From positions 29,946,001 to 30,010,000 of the forward strand of contig CM120642.1 of the NCBI GenBank assembly GCA_051362555.1: DNA of 64,000 nucleotides, in the 5' to 3' direction. Under the pieces are notes generated by a model. That model worked only from the letters and a program-made list of their open reading frames with translations. It did no database searches and had not been told where the DNA came from. The translations under genes and the position numbers were made by a program. This document shows, piece after piece, positions 15,201 to 28,901 of this stretch (position 1 is its first letter; each line of letters opens with the position of its first letter). This stretch comes from Lingula anatina. Lineage: Eukaryota > Animalia > Brachiopoda.

Positions 15201-15832
15201 CTACATATTACAAACACAGATTTGAAGTGGTCCATTTATTCACAGCATACACATCAAAATTCTAAAAATAGGAAGTGGAGACAACTATGACCACGTGTAT
15301 TCCTAATAGCGTCCTCTTTACCTGAGCCCAGTTTAAAGGCATCCCTGCCCGTTCACCTAGCTTCTCCCACGCCATTGCGCTCTCTGTATCCACTCAGCGC
15401 CATTCACATGCCTCGGTTTTGGTAAACTAGGCAATAGCAGTACGGTATAGTTATGTGTACCTATCAACTCAGCTGTCAGACGCCGCTAACCTCAATGGTG
15501 TTTGTGCGCTTTATCCTCTATACGTTCAGGTGAGAAACTGGCGGCTGATTTATAATCAATCGATCGCAAGCGTGGTTTTTAATTGAAATATAGAGATTTG
15601 TTCTGTTGCCAGACGACAAATTAAAATCGCAGACTTTTCATTGTAATTGGGGTTTAATGGAAACAAAGTGCCTTTCTGGAGTCCAAGGACTGTATTAAAT
15701 CTTGCAAAAGTTCGTAATCACGTGACCTTCTTTTATTCAGGCAGTTGTCTGCCTGGGAATGATGGATGGATTCCCGCCATAAAATAATGCTCTCGTCTGC
15801 CATTTTTCATCACATTAGGTTAATGAGAGGAA

Positions 15833-16307
15833 ATGGACGGTCAACACTTCTTCAATCAGGCGATTTATCAGAGAGAGGCTAACTATGGAGTCCCGGTGTC
15901 GTCGACGGCGGTAGGGAGCTACAGTACCCTGGGCGGGCCAACGGCTTGCATCTACGCCGCCAAACCTGCGAGTATCAACCAAGGAGGAGGGTACGGTGGG
16001 CAGGCAATGACGGTGGTAGACCACGGAATACAACAAGATATCTTAGCCCAGAGTCTCTCTCCTCAGGCTCTAGGGGGTGGCCTGCCGTCACCCATCCCGG
16101 CGCACATCCAGCAGTCACAACTGGTGGCCGTATCTCCACAGTCTCAGCCGCCGCCGGCTCACAGCCAGACGCAGCTCTCACCGGCCTCCACCCCGTCGTC
16201 CACGGGGGTGGGGTCCACCCACACCCCAACCACACAGCCCGCACTGCAGTTCCCCTGGATGAAAACGACCAAGTCCCACGCGGCTCAGTGGAAAGCACAG
16301 TGGCCCG
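15833..16307 (+). CDS. Xlox: Xlox/Pdx ParaHox homeobox gene, coding exon 1
   Basis: MDGQHFFNQAIYQ N-terminus, PTACIY (Pdx PACLY-like motif), hexapeptide LQFPWMKTTKSH and WKAQWPG; donor G|gtagga at 16307/16308 (phase 1). Confidence 0.95.
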
Positions 16308-17807
16308 GTAGGAACACATACGGTACTCTTTAAAATATTTCAGAATAGATGTGTGAACAAATTGTGATAGATCGGGGAATTTTGTGTAAGCCGTTGGTAT
16401 TGATGCTTTTCTATAATATTATTTTTTAATTTCGAATGTAGACTGTTTGAAAACAAATGAAATGGACAAAATCAATTCTTAAGCTTAAGGTGTCGGAATA
16501 TTTTCCGAGTGGGTTAGGGCCATACCGCCCATAATTAACTAAATTAATAATTTTTCTACTTGTCATTTTAAAAATGTTGCAGTGCAAAAATGGAAAATAA
16601 TTTCAAATATTCCTATGAAAATATGACAATGAACAGATCGATAATATGGACGAAAATCATTTCATTTTTGCCTCTCTAATTAAGAATATTCGGTCGGTGT
16701 CATGCCACAAAATTGTGCTAATGAAAATGTAATATCGATGGTATTTGCGAGGCAATTTTTAAAACATTAATTGTGAAACATAGCAATGAACTATTGGATC
16801 TATAATTGCGAGTTCTCAGTCAGTGCCATTAGATAAAATTACTCGAATTAAAATGTAAAATTCATTGTTTTCCAACACAATAGGAAATTAATCATTTCCA
16901 TCCTGAATAAGAGTTCTCTGTTAGCGCCATAAGATAACATTATTCTGCTGCAAAAGGTAAACTTGTGTTTTTGTAGGAAATTGTAATTTAATATTACTAG
17001 TTAATCGCAATACATGTGCAAATAATAGCGCAGTATCTAATTAATTTTAATGATACATATATAAGAATTGCGTAGATTCATTATTCATCACTGTGCGGCT
17101 TATGGATGTCTTTTTTTCAAGACCAGTCAATGATCTACAGAAAATAAATTCGCTGTAAGAAATATATGTTCTTATAAAAGTATAATATCATGTTATTAGA
17201 CGCTTGATAAGCTATAACATGTTCTATTCTTGTCCTGCTTTATAATGTTAAAAAAAATTCAGGAACCGGTATTATCGGTATAAGTCTCGGGGGGCAATTT
17301 GAGTTCAAAACTGACTTAATGTTAAATAAAATCTTTGTCGTATTTGACGTTTATATAATTATGAATAAGAACAAAAGTAGAAATAGGCACATGCATATAG
17401 GTATACATTACACCCCGTATACAACGTCTCCCCTTGTTGCTCGTATTGCCGTGTATCTCGAACGAATTTTGTGGAACATATTTTTCTTTGGAATGGGATT
17501 TTAGTTATGCCTAATTTAAAGTTTCAAGCAATACTGTACATATAGATAGAAGATATCTATATTTTAATAAGAACCGCTTCAGAATCTACCTGAACGTCCA
17601 CACGGTAATTAGGTGTACATTTTGATAGCTGATCAATATTTAACTTTGACATATAAAAATATACAATGGAATTAAATGTTTTACTGTTGCAATAAGGTAT
17701 TCATAAGAAAGTAAAACTGGCTTAGTTAAAATTAATGGACTTTTTATTAAAAATCTCTTATGTACAATATTCATCAGGGGTTATTCTGTTAAAATTTTAA
17801 ATTATAC

Positions 17808-17998
17808 TTTCCAAAACCTGACAAAATGATCAGAAATCAATAAGATGTGAATATATATAATATATTTATATATGAACTTATATATGAACTTATATGTCAA
17901 ATATTCATATTTCAATTGATTTATTAACTTCGTCAGTATATTGTTTTAAATTTCACATCTTATTGATTTCTGATCATTTTTGTCAGGTTTTTGGAAAA
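17808..17998. mobile_element. MITE-like inverted repeat in the Xlox intron (~44 bp arms)
   Basis: tttccaaaacctgacaaaatgatcagaaatcaataagatgtgaa (17808-17851) pairs with ttcacatcttattgatttctgatcatttttgtcaggtttttggaaa (17952-17997) around an AT-rich spacer. Confidence 0.7.
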
Positions 17999-20900
17999 TA
18001 CGCACTCCATGATACCATTATAATATTTAAGATTATCTATTTAAAATTATGTAGACAACTAAGAGGACAAAACACATTGTTTTTTTAGATAAGTTTACAG
18101 TTGTACTTTTATACTTTAAACATCGCAGAAAAAAGTAGTGAAAGCAAAGTTTTGCATTTAATGAAGTTTACAGGAAATATCACGGGAAAGTTTTGAAATA
18201 TCCCTCCGTTTCGTTAATCAACGTAAGTTAAATCAATAACAAATTTCATTTTTGCCACAACACCGTTCTTTTCTTGTTGAATCGTATATCTTGCTGTATT
18301 AATACATGAGGCATTTTCATGGATCAAGCACTTGTACAACGGGAGTTATTTGCAAGGTGCTTGTTAATGTTTTATATCTGGTATTCCGCGTTTGTCCAGA
18401 CATCGATAACAATATAAATACAAAGATAACTTGTCAGATTATAGAGATATGGCAAATGAATGTGACGTGAATTTAAAGTATCCCAGTATTATGAAAACGT
18501 TCGTCTTTGAATGAATCACAAACTTTTAATCCAGTAGGTTCAGGTTACGTAGAAGTATAGTGTGTTTTGTGAGGTATTACTTGTAACCCCAATACAGCGT
18601 GCAAAATATGAAAACAGGATAATTATTTAAAAACACTTCTGATTGTTGAGACCCGCGTGATAATTTGATGGTATTCCTCCTGTCAACACTGGCGTCTTAA
18701 CTGAAATTCAACATGTGCCAAGACGTAAAATTCTAATTGATAATGATTCTCATCTAATTCTCAAAATATTTTGCAAGTTATATGACTTTTTTTGACCAGT
18801 ACACGTGGCAAAATATTGCAATGTTTGATTCTTTTTTGTCACATTCATAGATCGTAAAGACGGCATTTACTCCACAATATTTTACTGCAAAATGTCTAAT
18901 TTTTTTGTATTTGAGAAAGAAAGTGTTTTGAGTCAAAGACTAAACTTCCATATAACATTCAAAGGTAGTATACTTCCACACCTGGCCCTCGCAGTAACTT
19001 ATCCTCGTAAGATAATATTGTGACAGGAAACAGCTACTGTTTGACCACTTTCTTATTTATATGTAAATCATGACTGGCTGTGACACTGAAATACAAGGTC
19101 TGGGGATTACTCTGGCCAAAAATCGAGACTAATCCACTTCAGCGTTATCGCAGTTTGTCGTACAGTATTCACGGTTTGGTAGGAAATTCTAAAGAAAATG
19201 TTTGCCTCTCTGGTTTACACATCACGCAATTAAAATCCTGAAGGCGCGAGGCCCGTCTAAACAGATATGTGTGTCGGTGAATATACTGGAGTACATTGTG
19301 TACATTAGTCTGTGCGGACTTAGGTAAAATGCTGTGGTTTAATATTTAGGCAATAGTCCATGGTGTACATCTGTCGAAGTGGCTGCTAATGGTCTTGTGT
19401 AACAAAGTTGCTGTCCTCAAAGCCTTTTTTGTGATAAACAAGTGTTTTTTAAGTGGCTTGTAGTTATTCTGAAGATACCAGAAATCGGACCTTTACTCAG
19501 TATTTCTTTCCTACAATGGCAGACTTGAACATTTCGTCAACTTGTGGTTGTCGTGAATTAGTTAAAGAAAGCACGGTTTGCACCCGTCCTTAGTAGGCCT
19601 ATTTAGAAAGTGATGTGTTCCGTACAATTTATTGAGACATAAATAATAGTTTTATTAAAATTACATCTATTTTAGAAATGCATTACGTTGATAAAATGCG
19701 ATATATGGTTGACGTTAAGATTGTTCCCATGTAAGCTGAAATAATTAACTTTTACTGTTATCTAGTTAATGATTCCATCACATGTGGAATACGCTCAGTT
19801 TCAGTAGCAGATTCATCGAAACAACAGTTAGAATCAGAGTTGCTTTTTGCACTCCGATATTTCAGTATCCATAGGTTATACATATTATTGACATCTGTTT
19901 GTATAAAGCTAATGATTTTACCGGCTGTGTTATGCATTCAAAGTTACCATAAACTATTCTTGAAACCACCGATAGAATACGAATAATTACCACTTTAATA
20001 TTTTAACGTCTCAACGATGTCTTCCCCTGAAAAGGAGGCGATATCGCTTTTAGCGTCCTGTTTTCTCTCTATATATTACTGCCACAAAAGTGACGAATAT
20101 ACGCCAAGACGGGTTTGATCTTTCGTTTCTGCTCAGAGTTGCTCTATAGCTTTTTATTCACATAGACTCCACGAATTGGCAGTATTGTTCTCTGAGTTCA
20201 GCATCCAATTTTATGGTTGTTTCAGTAATAGGTATCCTGTCTCATGTCCTGTTGTTTCCCCACGTGGACTCTTTCTGACCTCAATCTGTAGTTTCTACAG
20301 AGGTAACATGGAGGGAGACATTGACATATTGGAATGGTAGTAACTCATATTTTAACCGTTGTTCGAAGGAATATATATTTGTGAGTATTAAGGATTTATA
20401 ATCTGGCACAGATATTATATATATATATTCTTTTATAACTTACTTTACGACCATGTCTTTTGAACGCAGGGAGGCGATGGCCGCTGTTCATTGTTCTGCG
20501 ACAAGATACCAAAATTATCCTTCATTTCAAAAATAAATATATCATATATAAATATATCACACATAAAGACTGTTTGTAGGAATGATTGGTGATGTAGTTT
20601 TAACTATATTTAAAATTCTACTGACGAAATATATTTTAACAATATATTGGATGCCCCTGACATATGCTTTTAAAATATTCATTTTCAAAAGTTTAAAACG
20701 CCGCTGTCATGACTAGAAATACGGGTATACGCTGATTTTTCGGCCCTACGTGGTAATGTTCTGCGTGGTTCGATTAAAATACACATGTAATGTCAATATC
20801 GCAAATGAAAATTAACATTTAACATCAGATGTTTAAAATTATCATCGGATAAATTGGACACGCAATAACCACATTAAAACCGGATTTTAGAGAACATAAA

Positions 20901-23187
20901 TGTCATTGAATTTGAATGGCAAGGTGCAGAATACTGAGGATGTAAATGCACTTATGCAACTTATGGTATGCACAAAGTTGAAATTGATTTAAAATAATTA
21001 TTTTATTTTACAGAAGACCCAGATTACCTTAACAGATGAAAATAAACATTAAACTAATATTTTTAGAGTAAGTTGTAGAAATGAAATTGATAGTGCTTTA
21101 AAATTTAAATTGCTGTCATCCAAGTTAATTTTATAATTATATTTGAAATGGGATCGAAACTGCAAACATATGGCGACAATGTTTGAACTATTGAATCTTG
21201 GGTCTACAACAAAAACATTTTCAAAATCTGCCCAAATTGACAAATAACTACAAAAAACACGTCTTTTAAAGTCAGTGTATAAAGGCATAAACATTAATTT
21301 ATGACCAGCCGACATTTGATTTTAAAATGATATATAGATAATTGCTTGAACACATAAGCTTTTAAAACCATGTACATGTATTTTGTAGGGGGATATGCAC
21401 GCTAAAACATTGATTTGTATGCAATTGAATTAATTATTCACGGCATTAGCGTATATTAATTTTGTTGCATATCATTAAAATAGATATTTTCAAAATAAAG
21501 TGTTCAAGCAGCATAACAATAATGCCATATTTCGTATGGTCTTTGGAAAATGTGGCAACGCAAAATGAATAAACAAAAATACCCCCCCCCCCAAAAAAAA
21601 ATAAAATAAAATAAAATGGACTAAACATATTTATATTCGTTAAAACAAATCAACGTAAGTCTCACAATCGCATTTGCCTAGAATATCTCTGTAGTCTTTA
21701 AGATATGCTGTTCATTGTTTAATTGAAGGAACTCGTTTAACCTGGAACCCTTTTTTACATATATACTATTTCTGTATGTGTTATGTCATAGCGGATAAGT
21801 TATCTGCCGGTCCTCAAGGTTACAGCACTGCTTTGGCGGCTTGGATAAAACAAGGTTATGCCCTTTTTACACTTAGATAATGCAAATTTATAAGATTTTT
21901 TTTAGTTTTGTTGCAAACAAAATTAGCGAGAAGCTTCAGTTGGTATGGATTGCAGTTTTCATGCCAAACTCGAGCGATGTTCTAGTTTAGAAATAACCCA
22001 TTACTGCCTGGCCTTGTTATCATAAGGTTATCATTTCATTGGATGTGTTGATACATACACTTCATATTTCCTTTTTTCTTTAATTATTTTTAACATAAAG
22101 GGACGAAAGCGGATTCAAACTACGTAGCAGAAAGAGCAAATGCGTGCACACATTAGCGTTTATTTCCCCTTACCCATTATATAACTAAAACGGTACCCTA
22201 AAATAGGTTTTAGCTTATGAAGATCTTTTTATGAATAATATATAAAATGTTTCAAAAAGTCAGTTTTATTTTTCCGCTTGTAATAACGCTTTTCCAAACT
22301 CTCTACTTTCTTTAAAAATGAGGAATAGATGTTCTAAAACTTTTGTGAAAAAGCTTTTTCATGGCTTTTGTCTAATATATTTATGGATTGCCTACGGAAC
22401 CTTTTAACAACATTCCCGGTCAGAAAGTCAGTCAAAACCCGTATCATTCTTCGTCAAAAGTTTCGTCATCTCTGTTGCAGCACCTTCGAACCACCTTCGG
22501 AGTAAAATTACAACAGAACTGGGCCTTCTGTTACTTTTCAGGTCACGGCGAAACATTTTACTTCTTGCAAATCTTGTCTTGCAGAAACTTGAACTTGCTC
22601 AGTTTTTGATGTCCACCTCTGGGAAACGCTTTGTTCCGTGAACCCAATAATCTTTAATAACACCAAGGTTACAGCTGGCACGAACGCGAGCTTGACTGCA
22701 GGCGCTTGTACTTTAGGTCTGGTTATATTCATTTCACGACTGAAATTAATCATATTGTGTTTACTTCCGCCATCATTTATCTGAAACCTCAATATGTTTT
22801 TGATATGATAAAATCGCGGTTGATCTTCCGTGGTTTGTGTTCATGATTTGAGATAAAGAGGCGGATTTTTGAAATAATAAAACAGGGATGATTTTAGTAT
22901 TTTTGGAAGTATAAGTTTTTGTGTTATGATAGTTGGAATAAATCACCTATAGAATAGGCATTAAAAAGTCCGATTTCATAATCTAAAACAGGTTTTGGCA
23001 ATTGTGAAAAATATTTAGGATAAGAAATTTGTATCGGTCCAAACTAAGTTGAATTAAAAAGGGTTATTTATCTTTTATTACTTGGAAGAAAACATTTTGA
23101 TGCTGGAAAAATTAGTTTGTCACGTTCATTTTTTTCATTTTAGCCATTTTTTTGTCCTTCCGTTATCTCAACTGCGAAAACTGTTTG

Positions 23188-23330
23188 CTCATATGAATCA
23201 TTTAAACGAAACACATCCTTTAATGAAGTGTATATTATATTTAGCAGTAAAGAGAGAAAACAATTTTTTGTACATTCATAGGGATCATTTAAACAAAACA
23301 TATCTTTTAATGAAGTGTATGTTATATTTA
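23188..23330 (+). repeat. Imperfect direct repeat, ~55 bp unit, ~89 bp period
   Basis: atcatttaaac(g/a)aaaca(c/t)atc(c/t)tttaatgaagtgtat(a/g)ttatattta occurs twice. Confidence 0.8.
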
Positions 23331-24028
23331 CATGATTAGATGAAAATGTGCAATAGAGATACAATTACTGATATACCATTTATAGGGTGATAAACATACG
23401 ATAATAAATTATAAAGCCATAAGCAATAACAATGATGAAGAATTCTACATATACCATATTCATAAATTACCAAACAGGTATTTGGCAAATATGCTGATGT
23501 GGACTACAAACTGCCTAGCGTATTGTTAGCGTCACATTATACGTAAATGTTCAATACTGCAAGATGTCAATACTTTTGTTTTCTTTTTGAAAATTAATTT
23601 GAATTGAATTCCAATATTTCTAATAACCTAAAATATACAAAACAATTCTGGACTAATTTTTCAGACAGGTAAACACACCCCTATGTTGTAATAAGGCGTC
23701 ACAAGTGGCCTCAAAGTCTATTTTCAGATACAGATACCGGAATTGGTATGATTACGTGTCGTGTAAAAAAAATAAAGTCGTCTAGAATACCTGTGATTTT
23801 ATAACAGACTTGAGTAGAACATGGAAGACATTTCAATTAAATGTGCATAACAAGTGCTTTCAGGCTTATTCTTTAAAACATTTGGGGAATACAGTACGTA
23901 CACAGAACGGGAGACGTCTACAATGCCCAAAAGGATATACACCAATACGGCATATATAGTACGCTACATACTACATTACCAAAGATAACCTATAAAAATT
24001 TCAAAATGCATTTGACAAGCAAAGAATG

Positions 24029-24029
<1 letters not shown>

Positions 24030-24067
<38 letters not shown>
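24030..24067. repeat. (ATT)n microsatellite
   Basis: Read directly from the sequence. Confidence 0.95.
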
Positions 24068-27000
24068 AAGGTTAGGACGTTAACTCCGTATGTTTTTGGT
24101 CACCGAATTAATCCGATGTTTAAACGTTTATCCCGTGGATAACTAATACGACCGTCCAGCGCTGCATTCACTAGCACTGGGCGAATGGTTTATCTGCCAA
24201 AAGGTTGAGTTAAGTCATACCATTCTGAGGAATAACTTCTTCCCTGTACGCTGGTTAAGTATAATTTGCCTGTAGATATACCTTTTTCAATTATTGGCAC
24301 ATAATAAGTATCTTAGATTTCAAGGGCGGCTTTTCACCTACACTACGTCCATTGCAACAGTTATTTAATTGAATAACAATTTTAAACCAATTATCAAGAA
24401 CAATTAAGCAATAGAATTTTTGTATGACATTCTTCACGTCCAATAAGATTACGTCTATTAAGATTCTGAATCGCTTCAGAAAATAATGATAGTTTTGATC
24501 TATATAAACTACGACTTGCAAAGTCATGTCAAACGAACACACGCCAGGCAAAAAAAAATGATATAATTTTTATGTAAATAATAGATTAAAAAAAAAGAAT
24601 CTCACGTTACTAGTATAATAAAATATGGCTCCTAGCTTAATGAAGAATTGGAAATAGGGTATCTATCAAGTCCAAATACAATAGTATATCCTATGATGTT
24701 AATAAAAAGAAAGTGAAATAATATAAAATTCCTTTAGAATCAAGTTTCAAGGACTGACCTAAGGTCATATATTTGTGAAAGCGAGGTATCAGTATGCTTA
24801 GTTATTAAACATAATTGCCTTCTCTGTGATCTTATTAACTTATATCCATGTAATATTTATGACATCAATGAATAAATTTGTGGTAATATTAAGAACCATA
24901 TGTACTCCGGTACCTAATACGACACACATAACAATTGACATTTATGTCGATCTACACTAGATAAAAATATTACACATCGGTCAAATAACGGCTGTTTTTA
25001 CTTGCACAGCCTTCCTGCAACGGATACCTATTCGGAGTATTTCATCTATCCATCGTTGATGTATATCCGGTGTATTGCGCTACACTCCGTAGATATAACT
25101 GTCCCCGAGACATTTTACAGCCAGCTTCATATTTACTAAGGTGCCACGGAAGTGAAAAGATGCATGTTTACTGTGCTTGTTAATTGTGTTATTTGACGAT
25201 AGCGTTTGGCCACGTTAATTGTGATAATAATATTATAATATTATATAATATTGAGCTCATGTCGACCATGTGGGTTAAATTCCATTATATAAATTAAATA
25301 ATATATATATTGAAGCAAATAAAACACAATGAAGATTCACCAGTCATCTTTGAAGCTTGTATAATGGACTTGTGATAAAATCACCCGTTGAATCTTGGGT
25401 CTTGATTTAAGGTCTTTGTAATGATATAATTATCCTTGGGCAATATTTGTTAGTGTGTCTAGAATTCTTGATGTTTTCGACAGAAGACCGTTGTATTCAT
25501 TCAAAAACCAACAATGGTCTCATAAAAAGTAAGATGTGTTTAAAAAAACACATTTTCTTTATTCTCATTAATATAAAAATCATTTTACGTATAAATAATG
25601 TTACGTTCTTAACGGAAGCAGAACTTTTTCCAGCAACATTTACACTTAAATACATTTGAACAGCAGTCCAAGAGAGAATATGCAAGCAATGATTGCCTTG
25701 AGACAGAGCGTCGAGAAAGATTCTATTTGTGTGTCATGAAAACTGTCAGTGAATTCAGGTGCAGAAAATCAACACAGAGAATCGAGAAGAGCTTTAATTA
25801 AATGTTCCTAATATCGTGTTCGCCGATGCACCTCAGTAATCATGGATCAATTAAGCCATCAATCTATAGATTAGTTTCGGAATAGTGCGAAATTAAACCT
25901 CTTGCTCTTTTTTCAATTTCGTCGAATTGAAGCTGACTGACTGTGCTGGCGTTAATTAATTTGTACCTGTCGCGCCCGGAAGATAAGGTGTCAGATGGAT
26001 TTTATTTGTGTAAACTTTTCTATTGCCGCCATTCATCATGCTCAGTAGCCGTCCGTTGACATTTTCCGCCGCGGAGTAAAAGGGCTTGTAATGTTAGGAG
26101 CTTGTGTTTATTTCACACAGCGGGGAAAAGGAACAACAGATACTGAAAGCGAGGAAAGATTGATCTTTCTTCAGACGCCTTTTGAAGGGAGAATAGAAAC
26201 CCAGTCTTGCTGTCGTCTAGGAGCCTTTGTTCAAAATAGAGATATCGTTTCTGCAATTGAAAACTGCCGTGTGCCTGAAAAGCTCCGGGGGAAATTCACA
26301 GAAAGATTCGTTCTCACAATTTCTAACGACATTAAACGTTCATCCACTAGATCATAGAAGCAATTTTTTATCGTCTTCGGGTGATGAAATTTTAGAGACA
26401 ATGATAAGGACACTGTCAGTTTTTATATTATTTGAAGTATGTATCAAGTCTATCGATATTGCCTAAATAAAAATCAAATTGACTTTTACGGAATAATGTC
26501 AATTTAGACCCACGTTTTGCTTTTAACTGAACGATAAAAGCAGCATCTACACAGATGCGTTTATTAAGAAAAATGTAGAGATCCAAAAGAGATTTTAGAA
26601 AAATAGCTGACTTGACGTTATATTCATATGAAAGTGTTTTGTGTAAGCCATACATAAAAAGGAACGTAGTAAAGACGATTATAATGTACATGTACTGCTG
26701 TATAGGGCTTGCAGTCGAAGGTCGACGGCGAAATATCTGTTTTGTCGATTCCACTGTTCTGTTTCCTTCTGTCATCTGCAGTGGCCATTTCAGATCAATT
26801 TCATATTAAATCTAACTGAATTATTTTTGTGAATCAAAATAGGTTTGGTACATGTACTTAAAATGATTGCATAAGTTATTTCTAAATTCACATTTTTCTG
26901 TTGTAAAAATATGGGTGTTGCCAAATGCTGTTCCTTATAATGATATGCACAGTGAATATCTGATAAGTAGTCCTTAAGTACTGTAATAGGTATTTTCTCA

Positions 27001-28500
27001 GATGAGTCCCCTGTGTTGCTAAACCTTAGGCTTTTGCGCATATTCTTTTTGTGTCTACATGTACATGTATGTACCGGCATCTCCATTGTTGTCAGATGCT
27101 GTTCATTTATCAATAACAAGATGAGCAATAGATGCTTCCTGGCGACCTTGTAGCCCTCATGAGGTGACACCTTCTCACAAAACAAGAGATAGAATTTATT
27201 GATTTACAGAATCAATTAAATCAAAACCAATTTAGATTGTGGCTCAGATTCTCAGCCTATTAAATACCAGGCTGGGTTCCCCGTGTGTGCTTTCTGATAA
27301 TTGGTGAGTCAACACATTCCTGGCGTTTCTTAATATAAATTTGTCACCAGTGTCCGTTCAATGTCATCCCTAGTTATAAAGCACCAACTGTACAAGCACC
27401 TGCTGATTGACGTGCCGTCTCTTCATCCCTGCTTTATCTGACACTCCGCCCCCTCTGCCTCTACTATTGACAAGGAGATTAGAAGCTTCTCCCTTCTTAT
27501 AGACAGAGTCATCCGCGTTTATCTGACACTTTGAATAAAATGTGTCAAGCCCTGGTTAGCAGCGTGTTATTATATCAATTAATCAAACGATTTAAAGCGC
27601 GCGCACAATTGATCTTGTGATGTTAATCGATGAGCGACGTTGCACGCGCTATAGACATTGTTCAGGTGCTGATGTTCCTTCCGTTCGCAAAGTGTATACT
27701 CTGGGGTAAAAAGGGCATGGGTCGAGGTGGCCTCAAAGTAAAAACCAACGCTGTGTCAGTTAAATCTCCCTTTTCACGTTTTACATCGACAGATCTTCTC
27801 TGGTCACCCGCGTCCAACGGACATAAACACGACATTATCGATAACATAGGTCTATTTAAATGGCATCCATTTTAAAAGTGTAGCAGAATTTTCACAATTC
27901 TAGAGACAGAATACATTTTACAGACCCCTCCCTTTTAGAGAGTACAAAGTGAAAAGCTTAAAATAATGATCTTTGACAACAATTTGGATCATCATTTTTA
28001 TTATTTTCCAAAAGCGTACAGAGGGCATTAACCTCCTTCCGCCGAGCTACTACTTGACTGCTTGTGAAAATGATGATAAAAACGGAGGATGGCCCCTTAA
28101 TCGTTATTATTTATTTATTTATTTATTTATTTTTATTTTTATTAATTTATTATTATTATTTGTGCAGAGAGGACAAATTCTTCATTTGCATGGGACAAGT
28201 AATATATCCAACGCATAAATTCCCAATAAACTCTAATCTCATCCTTTTCAGTGTGGTAGTGAATGTATGGTTTGATTTGTTTCTAACAAGACGTATTGAA
28301 AATATACAGTATAATTCGATGATCTTTTTCCGCACCACTAATTTAGAATAAGAGTTATTTATATAAACGGCCGTCAACTTATTCAGCACAGGATATACAT
28401 TTAAATTCCCTTTTCTTTCTACAGCAAATTATATTTGGAAAGCTGCGCTTTTGAATTGAGAATAAAACTTGCCCAACTACAATTTACCTTTTCTTTTCAG

Positions 28501-28901
28501 GGGCCCAATTTTCTCTAGAAGACGACAACAAAAGAACCCGAACAGCATACACTAGGGGACAGCTTTTGGAACTGGAGAAAGAATTTCATTTTAATAAATA
28601 TATATCTCGTCCACGTCGCATTGAACTCGCTGCCATGCTAAACTTAACTGAAAGGCATATAAAAATCTGGTTTCAAAATAGGAGAATGAAATGGAAAAAA
28701 GACGAAGCAAAGCGACGTCCGCGGCCTCTATCGACAACATCGGGAACTGCGACGACATCAGCAGGGATGGTTACGTCAGCCGCAGAATCAACTACGTCAT
28801 CACTTAAGACTGTCAGCTCTTATGAAGAGTCTGGTAAAGAATTAAACGGGGAAATGAAAAAAGAGGTCGCAGAACACAGAATAAGTCCGTCTGTCAAATA
28901 G
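28501..28901 (+). CDS. Xlox: Xlox/Pdx ParaHox homeobox gene, coding exon 2 (homeodomain)
   Basis: Acceptor ttcttttcag at 28500 joins in frame with exon 1 (291 aa total). Homeodomain [58 protein letters not shown] with the Pdx-diagnostic His in [14 protein letters not shown] near 29300. Confidence 0.97.

Noticed and set aside
15815-16319. Overlapping alternative-frame and antisense ORFs over Xlox exon 1
   Set aside because: Expected shadows of a GC-rich coding exon; no independent motifs.
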